64,000 bases of DNA, taken from assembly GCA_046290225.1 (NCBI GenBank), contig JBKAGE010000036.1, forward strand, positions 300,918-364,917, written 5' to 3'. Positions 19,215-28,151 of the stretch are shown here, in pieces. Below the pieces are notes generated by a model that did no database searches, was not told the DNA's origin, and saw nothing but the letters and a program-made list of their open reading frames with translations. Source of the DNA: Bradymonadia bacterium (GTDB taxonomy: Bacteria > Myxococcota_A > Bradymonadia > UBA7976 > UBA1532). The position numbers and the translations under genes were made by a program. The first letter of the stretch is position 1. Every line of letters begins with the position of its first letter.

Positions 19215-21178
19215 TTGCCACGCCCCTTCCTCGGAATGCTCAAAGGCGTCGCGTCCCCCATGGGCAGAGGCGAGCCAAAGGAGAGCACCACACAGCTGAT
19301 GTTGTCGCCCCCTGCACCGCGGTTGGCGAGGACCATCAACTCAAAGGCTGCCCATGTGGCTCCGGGGGCCGACTCCACGATTTGCCTCATACGATCTTCT
19401 GCATCCTCTTCGTCGAGGCCTGCGTAGTCTGGGATGCCGTCGGAGCACAAGACGATGGTGTCGCCCGGCAACACCCTCAGCTCCCGAAAGTCGGGCTGGA
19501 GCGGCACCGGCACAAGTCGATCGCGATCGTTCTTCTCGAACTCGCCGACACACCGCACCAGGGCTCCGCCCCCGGCGACCTGACGCACCGTGGAGGGGGT
19601 GCGGCCGAACCTCAACAGCTGGGTGGCCAGATCGTGATCAGCCATCAGAGATGTGATGTGGCCATCGCGAATGAGGTAGATGCGGCTATCGCCGATGGAC
19701 ATCAGGGTCACCGCGTTGCCGTCCACCAGAGCAGCGACAGCCGTTGAGGCCATGATGCCCATGGGCTGAGCAGGGAACGTGGGCATGTCCTGGTGCACCC
19801 GCTCACCGATGCGGGCGTTGGCCTGATCGAGCATCTGGCGCATGATGGCCCGGCGGCCCTTGGGGTTGAGCGGCAACCCCGGACGACTGTAAGGCCCCGG
19901 CTCGAAGATGAGGCCCGTGGACTCTACGTTCTCGCGATCGGCAGCCTTGGGCGACTCTACCCGGCCACTTCTCAGGCGGCTCCAGAGGTTGAACGCCTCT
20001 TCTCGAACGCAGGCACTCGCCAAATCTCCAGTGCCGTACTCCGAGATGCTCACCCCATCAGCGATCAGGAACAGGCCCACACCCGTGAGGTGGTCCCATG
20101 CGAGGAACATGTCGTCCTGATTCTGGGGGTTGTACTGCCCTTTGAGCACGCCGATGTGCAGCTCGTGTCCGATCTCGAGCTTGAGCCTCTGGAACGGCAG
20201 CGTGCTCCGCTTCTCTTCTTGATGGAGTGCCCAGGCCAGCGCGGTACGCAAGGCAAGAGCGTCGGGATACCGCCTGCTGGGCACCGGCGAGGTGGCTCTG
20301 CGAATCACCGCCACCAGGTCAGGTGAAACATCGAGGCGATAGATGTTCGGGTTGGGCAGACGCTCGCTTGGCCAGACCGTCTCCTCGAAACGCTCCACAC
20401 CGGTGACGAGGTAGTACAGCACCATGCCGGCGAAGAAGACATCGGTGGCCGGCGTGATCACGCCGCCACAGTGTCCGACGACCTCAGGTGCCGAGAAGCC
20501 GGGGCTCACGGGCTGGGCCTCAGGGTGAAAGGGGCCATCAGCGATGTCGAGGGGTACAGGGATGTCGAGGAGGACGCATCGATCCTGAGGGGTGATCAAT
20601 ACTTCGTCGGGATCGACAGCGCCGAGGAACAACCCCTGATCGTGCAGCTGAGCGAGGAAGTTGATGACTGGCAGGGCCCATGTACGTACAGCCTGGGCAT
20701 AGACCACAGCGTCGCTGGACTCGGACATCCGCTCGATGGCCTCACCGAGCAGCGTGCCTTCAGGCAGCGCGGTGACGACGCATCTGCAGTCCGCCCAGTC
20801 TGCCACCCACGCTGGGCTCAAGGCAGCATCACCGAGGAGCGCCCGGGCTTCCGCTCGCCTTCGCCGGAGCGCTTGCACTGCATCGGCTGCGGTGATCACG
20901 ACTTCGTAGCGACGGCCTTCCTGACCGTCAGCGAGGAAGCGGCGCTCCTCCGAGCCATGTTTCAAGGCGCGCTTGAGGGTGATGCTCTCGCGGCCCCCTT
21001 CGATGATCTCACCGACGCCGGGCCAGCTGCGGGTGCTTTCTTCAGGGGGCGCAGCCCGCAGGCCACAATAACCACACCATGCACCGCTCACAGGGTGGCC
21101 ACAGCCTCGGCACTCGCTGGCAGGGGCCATGTGCTTCTTCTCGCCATCCTTCACTGGATGGTCCACTTCCTGGGTCAA
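19211..21178 (-). CDS. Zinc-ribbon / pseudokinase / PP2C phosphatase fusion protein
   Basis: 655 aa with a TTG start preceded by GAGGGAG. The N-terminus has CRGCGHPVSGAWCGYCG. The kinase fold is shown by SAPE and DVFFAGMVLYYLVTG, but VAIK reads VVIT, HRDLKPxN reads LGAVDPDE and DFG reads LDIPV. The C-terminal PP2C has intact metal motifs (LIADGVS, IGDSR, CSDGI, GGDNIS). Confidence 0.7.
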   Translation of the reverse strand: MTQEVDHPVKDGEKKHMAPASECRGCGHPVSGAWCGYCGLRAAPPEESTRSWPGVGEIIEGGRESITLKRALKHGSEERRFLADGQEGRRYEVVITAADAVQALRRRRAEARALLGDAALSPAWVADWADCRCVVTALPEGTLLGEAIERMSESSDAVVYAQAVRTWALPVINFLAQLHDQGLFLGAVDPDEVLITPQDRCVLLDIPVPLDIADGPFHPEAQPVSPGFSAPEVVGHCGGVITPATDVFFAGMVLYYLVTGVERFEETVWPSERLPNPNIYRLDVSPDLVAVIRRATSPVPSRRYPDALALRTALAWALHQEEKRSTLPFQRLKLEIGHELHIGVLKGQYNPQNQDDMFLAWDHLTGVGLFLIADGVSISEYGTGDLASACVREEAFNLWSRLRSGRVESPKAADRENVESTGLIFEPGPYSRPGLPLNPKGRRAIMRQMLDQANARIGERVHQDMPTFPAQPMGIMASTAVAALVDGNAVTLMSIGDSRIYLIRDGHITSLMADHDLATQLLRFGRTPSTVRQVAGGGALVRCVGEFEKNDRDRLVPVPLQPDFRELRVLPGDTIVLCSDGIPDYAGLDEEDAEDRMRQIVESAPGATWAAFELMVLANRGAGGDNISCVVLSFGSPLPMGDATPLSIPRKGRGK

Positions 21179-21278
21179 GATGACTCCCTCAGTCTGCCAT
21201 CAGAGAGGGCACAATATGACAAGGTGTCGGGGGGGGCAATGTCGACAGGATGACGCCGTTTTCTGAGTTCAACTGTTT

Positions 21279-21950
21279 TTAGAGCTCAACGAAGACGACT
21301 CGGGAACGCTGGAGGTGTTCGCCCGCCATGTTGTATGCGCGGATCATGAAGCCGTATCGCTCGCCGATCTCAAGTTCGACCTCAAAGCTGGGTGTCTTGA
21401 TGTTTTCCCACGACTCTTCGTCGGAGGGCACCTGAGCACCCTCGGGCCAGGTCTGGCTGATGACGGTGTAGCGATCAGCGCCGGCGAGGGCATCCCACTC
21501 GAGGCGCACCGTCTTTTCGTCGAGCACGTCGATCCGCAGACCGAGCACCGGCCGGAAACCGGTCTCACGAGAGCAGACATTGCACAGCTCGATGCCAGGC
21601 AGGTGGCGCTCGTCTTCATAGCTCTGCCGCTCTTCGCACACGGAGAGACAGATCGGATCAGCACCACACCGGGCCTCGCAGACATCGGCCTCGGGCTCGT
21701 CCCGATCGAAGATGGCCACTTGATGTACTGCGCCACGACGAGGCACGCCGATGACCTCCAGCGCAGTCTCGGGGAGCTCGGCCCGGGCCTGGATCCCCCG
21801 AAGTCGTTTTGGGGTCCACGTGGCCTCAGAGGCAGTAGATTCCACGACAGCGCGGTCATCCTGGCCATCGATGTCACCTTGCACCCCACACCCGGCGACG
21901 CCGAAGGCGGAGATGAGGCACAACAGGGAGACGCTCAAAAGCTTACGCAT
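21279..21950 (-). CDS. Lipoprotein with a Cys-rich segment and a C-terminal FN3-like domain
   Basis: Trimmed to ATG 21950, giving MRKLLSVSLLCLISAFGVAGC (lipobox). Also present are CEARCGADPICLSVCEE and CNVC motifs. The C-terminal VRLEWDALAGADRYTVISQ is FN3-like. Confidence 0.5.
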   Translation of the reverse strand: MRKLLSVSLLCLISAFGVAGCGVQGDIDGQDDRAVVESTASEATWTPKRLRGIQARAELPETALEVIGVPRRGAVHQVAIFDRDEPEADVCEARCGADPICLSVCEERQSYEDERHLPGIELCNVCSRETGFRPVLGLRIDVLDEKTVRLEWDALAGADRYTVISQTWPEGAQVPSDEESWENIKTPSFEVELEIGERYGFMIRAYNMAGEHLQRSRVVFVEL

Positions 21951-21954
21951 GGCT

Positions 21955-22728
21955 TCAGTCCTCCTCATCGCGCAGGCAGCTGCCGGTGTAGAGCCCATAC
22001 ACTCGGGACTCATCGGCCTCTTCAGCGGCTTCCTCAAGCTCGTGCACCCGAGCGCGGATGAAGTCGAGCAGCTCTTCCCGGAATGCCCGAGCATCTTCAG
22101 GTCGGGCCTTGAAGGCAAAGGTGCGGGCCGCAGCCTCGTCGGGCTCGTCGCCGATGAACCGCTGGAGGATCGTCTCGGTGAGCACCTCGAGGTGCTCGCT
22201 CAAACCATCGATGCGGGCTTCCCAGTTGGCGTCGCAGTAGAGGTTCCGGTGACCTGGGACGAGGCGGTAACGCACTTTACGGCCGGGGGTCCGCTCGTCT
22301 TCTTCGATCCGCCCCTCTTGCAGCAAGGTGCGCACCGCCAGCCGGGTGCTGTCGAACTCGTTGCTGTGGGGCAGACGCTCTGCGAGCTCGTCGATGGACA
22401 TGGGCCGCTGGCTCAACATGTCTTCGATGCGACGGGTGAGGTTGGTCTCGGTCTCCTCGAAGAACCCGCCTTTGTTGAACCGTGCAGAGAGCGCTTTGAT
22501 GGTGCGGGTGGACTTCCCGAAGATGAGAGAGATGACGTTGATGGTGGAGTGCTTGCGCTTGGCCTCTCGCCAGAGGGCGAGCGTCATCATGTCTTTGACG
22601 GTATCGAGCGGGTAGTTGAACTTCGCCGCTGTCTTCACCGCGGGGTAGAACATGGTGAACAGCATGCGCAACACATACTCGGAATAAGGGATTGTACCCT
22701 CTGTCGTGTCTTTGGCCTGTGACTCCAT
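21955..22728 (-). CDS. Putative DNA-binding protein (HTH plus winged-helix-like segments)
   Basis: Trimmed to ATG 22728 (MESQAKD...). STINVISLIFGKSTRTIKAL and MSIDELAERLP...LAVRTLLQEGRIEE look like HTH/wHTH units. It ends 4 nt before the lipoprotein gene. Confidence 0.45.
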   Translation of the reverse strand: MESQAKDTTEGTIPYSEYVLRMLFTMFYPAVKTAAKFNYPLDTVKDMMTLALWREAKRKHSTINVISLIFGKSTRTIKALSARFNKGGFFEETETNLTRRIEDMLSQRPMSIDELAERLPHSNEFDSTRLAVRTLLQEGRIEEDERTPGRKVRYRLVPGHRNLYCDANWEARIDGLSEHLEVLTETILQRFIGDEPDEAAARTFAFKARPEDARAFREELLDFIRARVHELEEAAEEADESRVYGLYTGSCLRDEED

Positions 22729-23044
22729 GCGTCCTCTCTGTCGATCCACTCTGGCGGTCTTCTCTCGCGGCGTTCTGCAACCTGATGAGGAGTTTAATGT
22801 GTCAGTACGGCAACATGCCAGTCTCAAGGGCACATTGCGATAAATTGGCCCTCGACTGATCCCCATGTTACCTCAAGGTGCAGGTGGAGACGCCGACACC
22901 AAACGCCTGAGTTCAGTGTCTGTACCCCTGTTGCCCTGAGCGCCCCTCGCCTCGACCAGTCAGTGTCGAACACGAGACCGGGCATTGACCGATCACCCAG
23001 AGATACCCCCGGTACATGGCCCTCCTATTCAAATGAGGGCACAA

Positions 23045-24007
23045 ATGAATACGATGGCTGTAGGTTCACCCCGTTTATTTACTGGAGAGGATGTCGCTCG
23101 TCTGTGTGGCGCCAGCCCTCAGCATGTGGCTCGGTGGACCCACATGGGCCTCTTGATTCCCCGCGCGCCGGGGTGTCATCGGTTTGCATTCCGAGATCTC
23201 ATTTCCGCCCGCACCGTGGTGGCTCTCATCGCCGAAGGGGTCTCTGCTCTGCGAATCAGCCAGGCGGTCATGGCTCTTCGGCGACTCAATCCCGAGATCC
23301 GCGAGCCCCTGGCCACCTGCTCTGTCTTTGCATTTGCCGGCCGGATGGTGGTGGCCCTCGACGGGGTGATGCTCGATCCCATCGATGGGCAATTGCTCCT
23401 CGTCGATGTCGTCGGGCCCATGAAGTCGGTTCGCCCGGCCCATGCCGGCCGCGTACTCGCCGCAGAGGGTTGGCGCGCAGGCCACCCCTGGCATCATCGG
23501 CGAGGCTGGACTGCCGATCAGTGGTGTCAGGCGGGCCGCTCCGCCCGTGCCGACGGTGTACCTCTGGCTGAAGTCGAAGCGCTGTATCAAAAAGCCCTGC
23601 GCGTCGATCCAGATCACCTCGAAGGGCTCACGGAGTTGGGCCACCTGCACTATGAGCAGGGGAGCTACCGCCGAGCGGTGGCATGCTACCGACGCGTCGT
23701 CAGGCGAGATGCCATGTGGGCCGAGGGACACTACAACCTCGCCAATGCCCTCGACGCCCTCGGGCAATGGCCCCGAGCCCGTGACGCCCACCGGCGAGCC
23801 CTTGCTCTGCAGGCCCACTTCGTCGGCGCCCACTTCAACCTCGCTCTGGTCCTCGAGAAGATGGAGGACCGCCTCACCGCGGCCGTTCACTGGCGTCGCG
23901 TCATCGACCTCGAGCCCGAGGGGGTGGAGGCAGCCATCGCCTGGGGCTTCTTGAGCGATCGCGGACCCAACCCCCGACTCCCCCTGGTGGCAGGCCACCG
24001 CCCCTGA
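23045..24007 (+). CDS. MerR-type HTH protein fused to TPR repeats
   Basis: FTGEDVARLCGASPQHVARWTHMGLL is a MerR-like HTH. C-terminal TPR units are present (ALYQKALRVDPDHLEGLTELGHLHYEQGSYRRAVACYRRVV...). The start was chosen at ATG 23045, 5 nt after GAGGG. The track ORF starts at TTG 22985. Confidence 0.6.
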   Translation: MNTMAVGSPRLFTGEDVARLCGASPQHVARWTHMGLLIPRAPGCHRFAFRDLISARTVVALIAEGVSALRISQAVMALRRLNPEIREPLATCSVFAFAGRMVVALDGVMLDPIDGQLLLVDVVGPMKSVRPAHAGRVLAAEGWRAGHPWHHRRGWTADQWCQAGRSARADGVPLAEVEALYQKALRVDPDHLEGLTELGHLHYEQGSYRRAVACYRRVVRRDAMWAEGHYNLANALDALGQWPRARDAHRRALALQAHFVGAHFNLALVLEKMEDRLTAAVHWRRVIDLEPEGVEAAIAWGFLSDRGPNPRLPLVAGHRP

Positions 24008-24072
24008 AGCAGCGGTCGATTGCCCTGGCAGGGCTACCCCTCCCCGTGATAGCAACAGACACTCACATGTAG

Positions 24073-27000
24073 ATGGAGACGTGCACCTTCATCGATGTGA
24101 GCCGCGCAACGAAACGTGAGCGAGTCGGAGTGTCCGAATCCAGCTTCATCGGCATCACCATCGCCCAGCGCTACCGGGTCGAGCGGAAGCTCGGCCAGGG
24201 TCCTGTGGGCACCTTGTATGCCGGCCGCCATCTCGACACCGATCAACAGGTGGCGATCAAAATTCTCAACCCGGACTTTGTCCCAGGTACACCTGAGGTC
24301 GATGCCGCCCTCGCCGATGGGCGAACAGCCTCCGAGCTGGCGCACCCTCACCTCGTGCCCATGCTCGATCAGGGCGTACACGAGTCCCGCTTCGTGTACA
24401 TCGTCGAGCCCCTGCTCGAGGGTCAGTCTCTCGCTGATCAGCTCGGTGATGGACCACTCCCGGTCGAAGACGTAGTGCGTATGGGGCGTGGGGTGCTTCG
24501 TGGCATCGGCGGTCTGCACGATGCGGGTTTGACGCACCTCGACCTCAAGCCATCGAACATCTTCCTCATCGACGAGGGCGACGGTCGGCAACGCCCGGTG
24601 GTGAGTGGCGTGGGCATCGCCCACCTGCTCCGCCTCGATGATGCCCGGAAGGGGGCTCGGGGCCGATGCCTCGCTCGGCCTGAGTACCTGGCCCCAGAGT
24701 GCATCAAACGCGGTGGCCAGCCCGACGCGCGCAGCGACATCTATGCCTTTGGCGTGTTGATGTACGAGGCCCTCACGGGCCGTCCGCCTTTCACGGGCAA
24801 CAACTTCTCCAGCACCGCCAAGCGCCATGTGTACGAGAAGCCCTTGAGCGTGCGTCTGGTCCGCCCTCAATCGGGGATCCCCGAGAACCTCGACGCGTTG
24901 GTCATGCAGTGCCTCGGCAAGGCCTTCAAGGATCGCTTCGAGACCGTCGCCGCGGTGGCCAGGGCATTGTACCAGCTGGTCGAATCAGGCCTTGGCGGTG
25001 ATGCCCTCAGGGCAGAGCCCTCTTTTGCAGGCCCTCCCCCGCTGGCGCTGATCGCCGCCGGCGCCACGCTCCTCGACCATCCTGCAGTGCCCACACCAGA
25101 GGAAGACGCTGGAGACGTTGAGCAAGGTGGGGAAGCGCCAGTCTCTGCAGACGGTGCGCCTACAGTGCTCGATGTGCCTGCAGTGAGCCTCCCCGCAGCA
25201 GAGCTGGAGGATACTGCAGAGCCTGAAGAGGCCGTGAAGCCTGAAGAGGCAGCAGAGCCAGAGGCTGACGCAGAAGAAGACACCTCTACGGAAGTGGCTG
25301 AGACTGCAAAGTCGCCTGAACCAGAGTCGCCTGAGCCAGAATCGCCTGAGCCAGAATCGCCTGCAGACAAGACTTCTGAGCAGGCTGAGGATGCTGAAGC
25401 CTCCACCGACGAGTCCGAGAGTGGCGTGCCCGACACGGCTGTTTCGGCGTCAGAGGTCGATGAAGACGAGGTCACAGAAGACGAGGTCAATGACTCGGAG
25501 GCTGCCGGCTCTGAAACCCATGAGCCAGACCCTCAACAGGGAGACACACAGACTCAGGCAGAGCAGGCGCCAGAGAGTACCGACGAGCCTGCCGCGGCAA
25601 CCATCGGAGCAGCTGCCGACACAGCGCCCGCAGAGGACGACACTTCAGAAGACGCCGAGGCAGCTTCTCCTGCGACCGAAGACAGCCCTTCTGAAAACGA
25701 GACAGCAGCCTCTGAAGACGAGCCCAGTGAAGAGGGGCTCACTCAAGAGGTCGCAGCAGCCAGTCCTGAAGAAGGCTCGGAGGCCGCTGAGGATGCGCCC
25801 TCCGCACAAGAAGCATCTGCTGATTCGAAGAGTGCACCCAACGCTTCAGACACAGAGTCCGGCTCGGAGACACCCGAGGCCAGCACTTCGACAACCGAAT
25901 CAGATGCAGACTCTGCATCTTCTGCCGAGCCAAGTGCCGAACCGGACACTGATGGTGATCCCGAAGAGCCCGCTGTAGTCGCAGCGGAGTCGCCCGAGAA
26001 GGCCGAAGCGGAGGCATACACCGAAGCGTCCGGACCTGCAGAGCAGACCGCTCAGTCCAACACCTCGCAGGGGCAGAGCAACCGGGGCAAGCGCAACAAG
26101 CGTGGCAAGAAGAAGAAGCGCGGCAAGCGGCGCTCCTCTCCTTCCCTGCCTGTTGTGCCTGCGGTCAAAGCCGACACTGCTCAAGAGGCAACAGCTCAGA
26201 AACAGGCCCAGGCCTCCACTGACGAGACAGTGGAAGAGCCCCAGCCAGCTCCAGAGAAGAAGGCTTCTGAAAAGTCAGGCCCAACAAAGGCGGCCCCTAC
26301 AAAGGCAGCTTCCAAGGACAAACAAGCTGCAGCGGCGCGACAGGCCACCGAGCCAGGCAAGGGTGACGAGACCAACCAGGAGAACGGGATCCATAAGGCC
26401 AGCGAGTCTGGCGTGCATCTCGACACCTGGTTCGTCGATGGTGACAGCGTCGAGCAGCTCGAAGAGCAGCAATCGAAGCTCTCCGTGTACCAGGTGCCCG
26501 AGGAGAAGGAGCGCAGCTTCTTCCTCCCTGTCCTCCTCTCCGTCGCTGCGCTCGTGGGCGGGCTCATGCTGTACTTCTCCAGCAGCACACAGCCCTCCAC
26601 CGATGCTCCAGACGCCGAGGCCACTGTCGCCGACCAGACACCCGAGCCCGTGAAGCCTCCAGGCGCCGACCCCAAACCCGAGGCCACACCTCCGAAACCT
26701 CCAGCAAACCCTGCTCTGCAGATCGAGCAAGCGGCGCGGCAGGCCTTCGAAGAGCAAAAGTGGTCCGGCAGTCAGGACGCCCTTGCTGAGCGCTTGCAGG
26801 CCCTACGCGCCTTGCAGCCCACCAACAAGGTGGCCAGCAGGCTGGAGAGTCGGGCCGTGAACCGTCTGCTCGCCGAGAGCGACGACGCCCAGAAGAAGGG
26901 CGACTGGACACTCGCCGAGACCCACCTTCGCCATGCTGGGCTGATCTCGCCCAAGAACCCCCTGATCAGCACGGCTCAGGAGAACCTGGCCAAAGCCCGC

Positions 27001-27855
27001 ACGATGGCTTCGAAGAATGCAGCCCAAGCAGCTGAACAAGCCGCCGCCCAAGCAGCAGCAGAGAAGGCTGCTGCTGAGCAAGCCGCCGCGGAGAAAGCTG
27101 CTGCCGAAAAGGCAGCTGCGGACAAGGCTGCCGCTGAGAAGGCCGCTGCAGACAAAGCCGCCGCCGAAAAAGCTGCTGCCGAAAAAGCTGCCGCTGAGAA
27201 AGCTGCCGCTGAGAAAGCTGCCGCTGAGAAAGCTGCCGCAGCAAAGGCCGCTGCAGATAAAGCAGCCGCAGACAAAGCAGCCGCAGACAAAGCTGCTCAG
27301 CTCGCGGCCTCTCAGAAGGCCGCCCAAGCACAGGCCCTCAAAGACAAGCGTGCAGCTGAGAAGGCCGCGGCAGCACGTAAGCGCCGTGAGGCCGCAGAGG
27401 CGCGTAAGAAGCGAGAGGCAGAGGCCAAGGCAAAGCGAGACGCCGCCAAGGCTGCTGAGCGAAAGGCAGCCACCGAGCGTAAAGCGGAAGCCAAACGCCT
27501 CGTGGGTGTAGGCAAGGTCCACATCCGCAATGCCAAATGGTCCGAAGCGCGCAAGAGCTACTCAGCAGCGATCAAGCTCGACAAGAGCAACGCTGCTGCA
27601 TATGCCGGGCTGGGCAAAGTGGCCTTCCAGGAGCAGAAGTTCTCCGAGTCGGTCCGCAACGCCGAGCGCAGCGTGAAGCTGTCTCCTCGCAACGCCGATT
27701 ACCGCGTCAGCCTCGGCCTCGCGTACTTCAAACTCAAGAAGTTCGGTCAGGCCAAGAGCGCTTGGGAAAAGGCTCTCACGCTCTCACCGAGTGCCTCGAC
27801 CAAGCAGACCGCCAACAAATATCTGAAGATTGTCGAGAAGCGCCTGAAGAACTGA
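24073..27855 (+). CDS. Giant membrane Ser/Thr protein-kinase-family protein with an acidic disordered linker, one TM segment, an (AAEKA)n coiled-coil-like region and C-terminal TPR
   Basis: 1260 aa. The kinase domain has LGQGPVGTLY, VAIKIL, HLDLKPSN and LAPE, but GVG occupies the DFG position. The TM segment is FFLPVLLSVAALVGGLMLYF. TPR repeats sit at the end. Confidence 0.8.
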   Translation: METCTFIDVSRATKRERVGVSESSFIGITIAQRYRVERKLGQGPVGTLYAGRHLDTDQQVAIKILNPDFVPGTPEVDAALADGRTASELAHPHLVPMLDQGVHESRFVYIVEPLLEGQSLADQLGDGPLPVEDVVRMGRGVLRGIGGLHDAGLTHLDLKPSNIFLIDEGDGRQRPVVSGVGIAHLLRLDDARKGARGRCLARPEYLAPECIKRGGQPDARSDIYAFGVLMYEALTGRPPFTGNNFSSTAKRHVYEKPLSVRLVRPQSGIPENLDALVMQCLGKAFKDRFETVAAVARALYQLVESGLGGDALRAEPSFAGPPPLALIAAGATLLDHPAVPTPEEDAGDVEQGGEAPVSADGAPTVLDVPAVSLPAAELEDTAEPEEAVKPEEAAEPEADAEEDTSTEVAETAKSPEPESPEPESPEPESPADKTSEQAEDAEASTDESESGVPDTAVSASEVDEDEVTEDEVNDSEAAGSETHEPDPQQGDTQTQAEQAPESTDEPAAATIGAAADTAPAEDDTSEDAEAASPATEDSPSENETAASEDEPSEEGLTQEVAAASPEEGSEAAEDAPSAQEASADSKSAPNASDTESGSETPEASTSTTESDADSASSAEPSAEPDTDGDPEEPAVVAAESPEKAEAEAYTEASGPAEQTAQSNTSQGQSNRGKRNKRGKKKKRGKRRSSPSLPVVPAVKADTAQEATAQKQAQASTDETVEEPQPAPEKKASEKSGPTKAAPTKAASKDKQAAAARQATEPGKGDETNQENGIHKASESGVHLDTWFVDGDSVEQLEEQQSKLSVYQVPEEKERSFFLPVLLSVAALVGGLMLYFSSSTQPSTDAPDAEATVADQTPEPVKPPGADPKPEATPPKPPANPALQIEQAARQAFEEQKWSGSQDALAERLQALRALQPTNKVASRLESRAVNRLLAESDDAQKKGDWTLAETHLRHAGLISPKNPLISTAQENLAKARTMASKNAAQAAEQAAAQAAAEKAAAEQAAAEKAAAEKAAADKAAAEKAAADKAAAEKAAAEKAAAEKAAAEKAAAEKAAAAKAAADKAAADKAAADKAAQLAASQKAAQAQALKDKRAAEKAAAARKRREAAEARKKREAEAKAKRDAAKAAERKAATERKAEAKRLVGVGKVHIRNAKWSEARKSYSAAIKLDKSNAAAYAGLGKVAFQEQKFSESVRNAERSVKLSPRNADYRVSLGLAYFKLKKFGQAKSAWEKALTLSPSASTKQTANKYLKIVEKRLKN
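25312..25365 (+). repeat. About 3.5 x 15-bp in-frame tandem repeat (SPEPE)
   Basis: tcgcctgaaccagag / tcgcctgagccagaa / tcgcctgagccagaa / tcgcctgca. Confidence 0.9.
27061..27300 (+). repeat. 16 x 15-bp in-frame tandem repeat encoding (E/D)KAAA pentapeptides
   Basis: Units such as gagaaagctgccgct are repeated perfectly three times at 27196-27240, with degenerate copies on both sides. Confidence 0.95.
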
Positions 27856-27964
27856 TCAGATCTTCTCTGGCAACATCTGCCATCTCACCCGACACACAAC
27901 AGGAAAATTTCGGTGACACGGCAGTGAGTACGCCACCCGCTGCGCCCGAAATAGATACTGCCTT

Positions 27965-28150
27965 CTACAGGCTGAAGTCTCTCTTCAGCTACAGAAGTCT
28001 CTCTTCAGCTACAGGCGCGTCAGCGCCGTCCGCTACAGCTCTCGCCTTCGGCGAGGCGTCCGCTACAGGCTGTCGCCAAAGGCGATGACCGTCCGCTACA
28101 GACGGCGCGCAGCGCGGTCGTCCGCTCAGGTGGCCCGAAGGGCGGCCGCT
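27965..28150. repeat. Array of about 7 short GC hairpins, each followed by CTACAG (four times as CGTCCGCTACAG/CGTCCGCTCAG)
   Basis: CTACAG occurs at 27965, 27989, 28009, 28033, 28063 and 28096, with the variant GCTCAG at 28124. The hairpins are ctgaag-tctct-cttcag, ggcgc-gtca-gcgcc, ctcgcc-ttcg-ggcgag, tcgcc-aaa-ggcga, cgcgc-a-gcgcg and gccc-gaa-gggc. A perfect 20-bp direct duplication spans 27975-28014. Confidence 0.8.
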
Positions 28151-28151
28151 C

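Noticed and set aside
26803-27522. Several ORFs on both strands through the (E/D)KAAA repeat region
   Set aside because: A 15-bp periodic GC-rich repeat is open in most frames. Only the + frame is continuous with the kinase and TPR domains.
27965-28150. Possible CRISPR array
   Set aside because: The conserved unit is only 6-12 nt and the spacers are 10-20 nt palindromes. No cas genes are present and the periodicity is irregular. It is not CRISPR-like.
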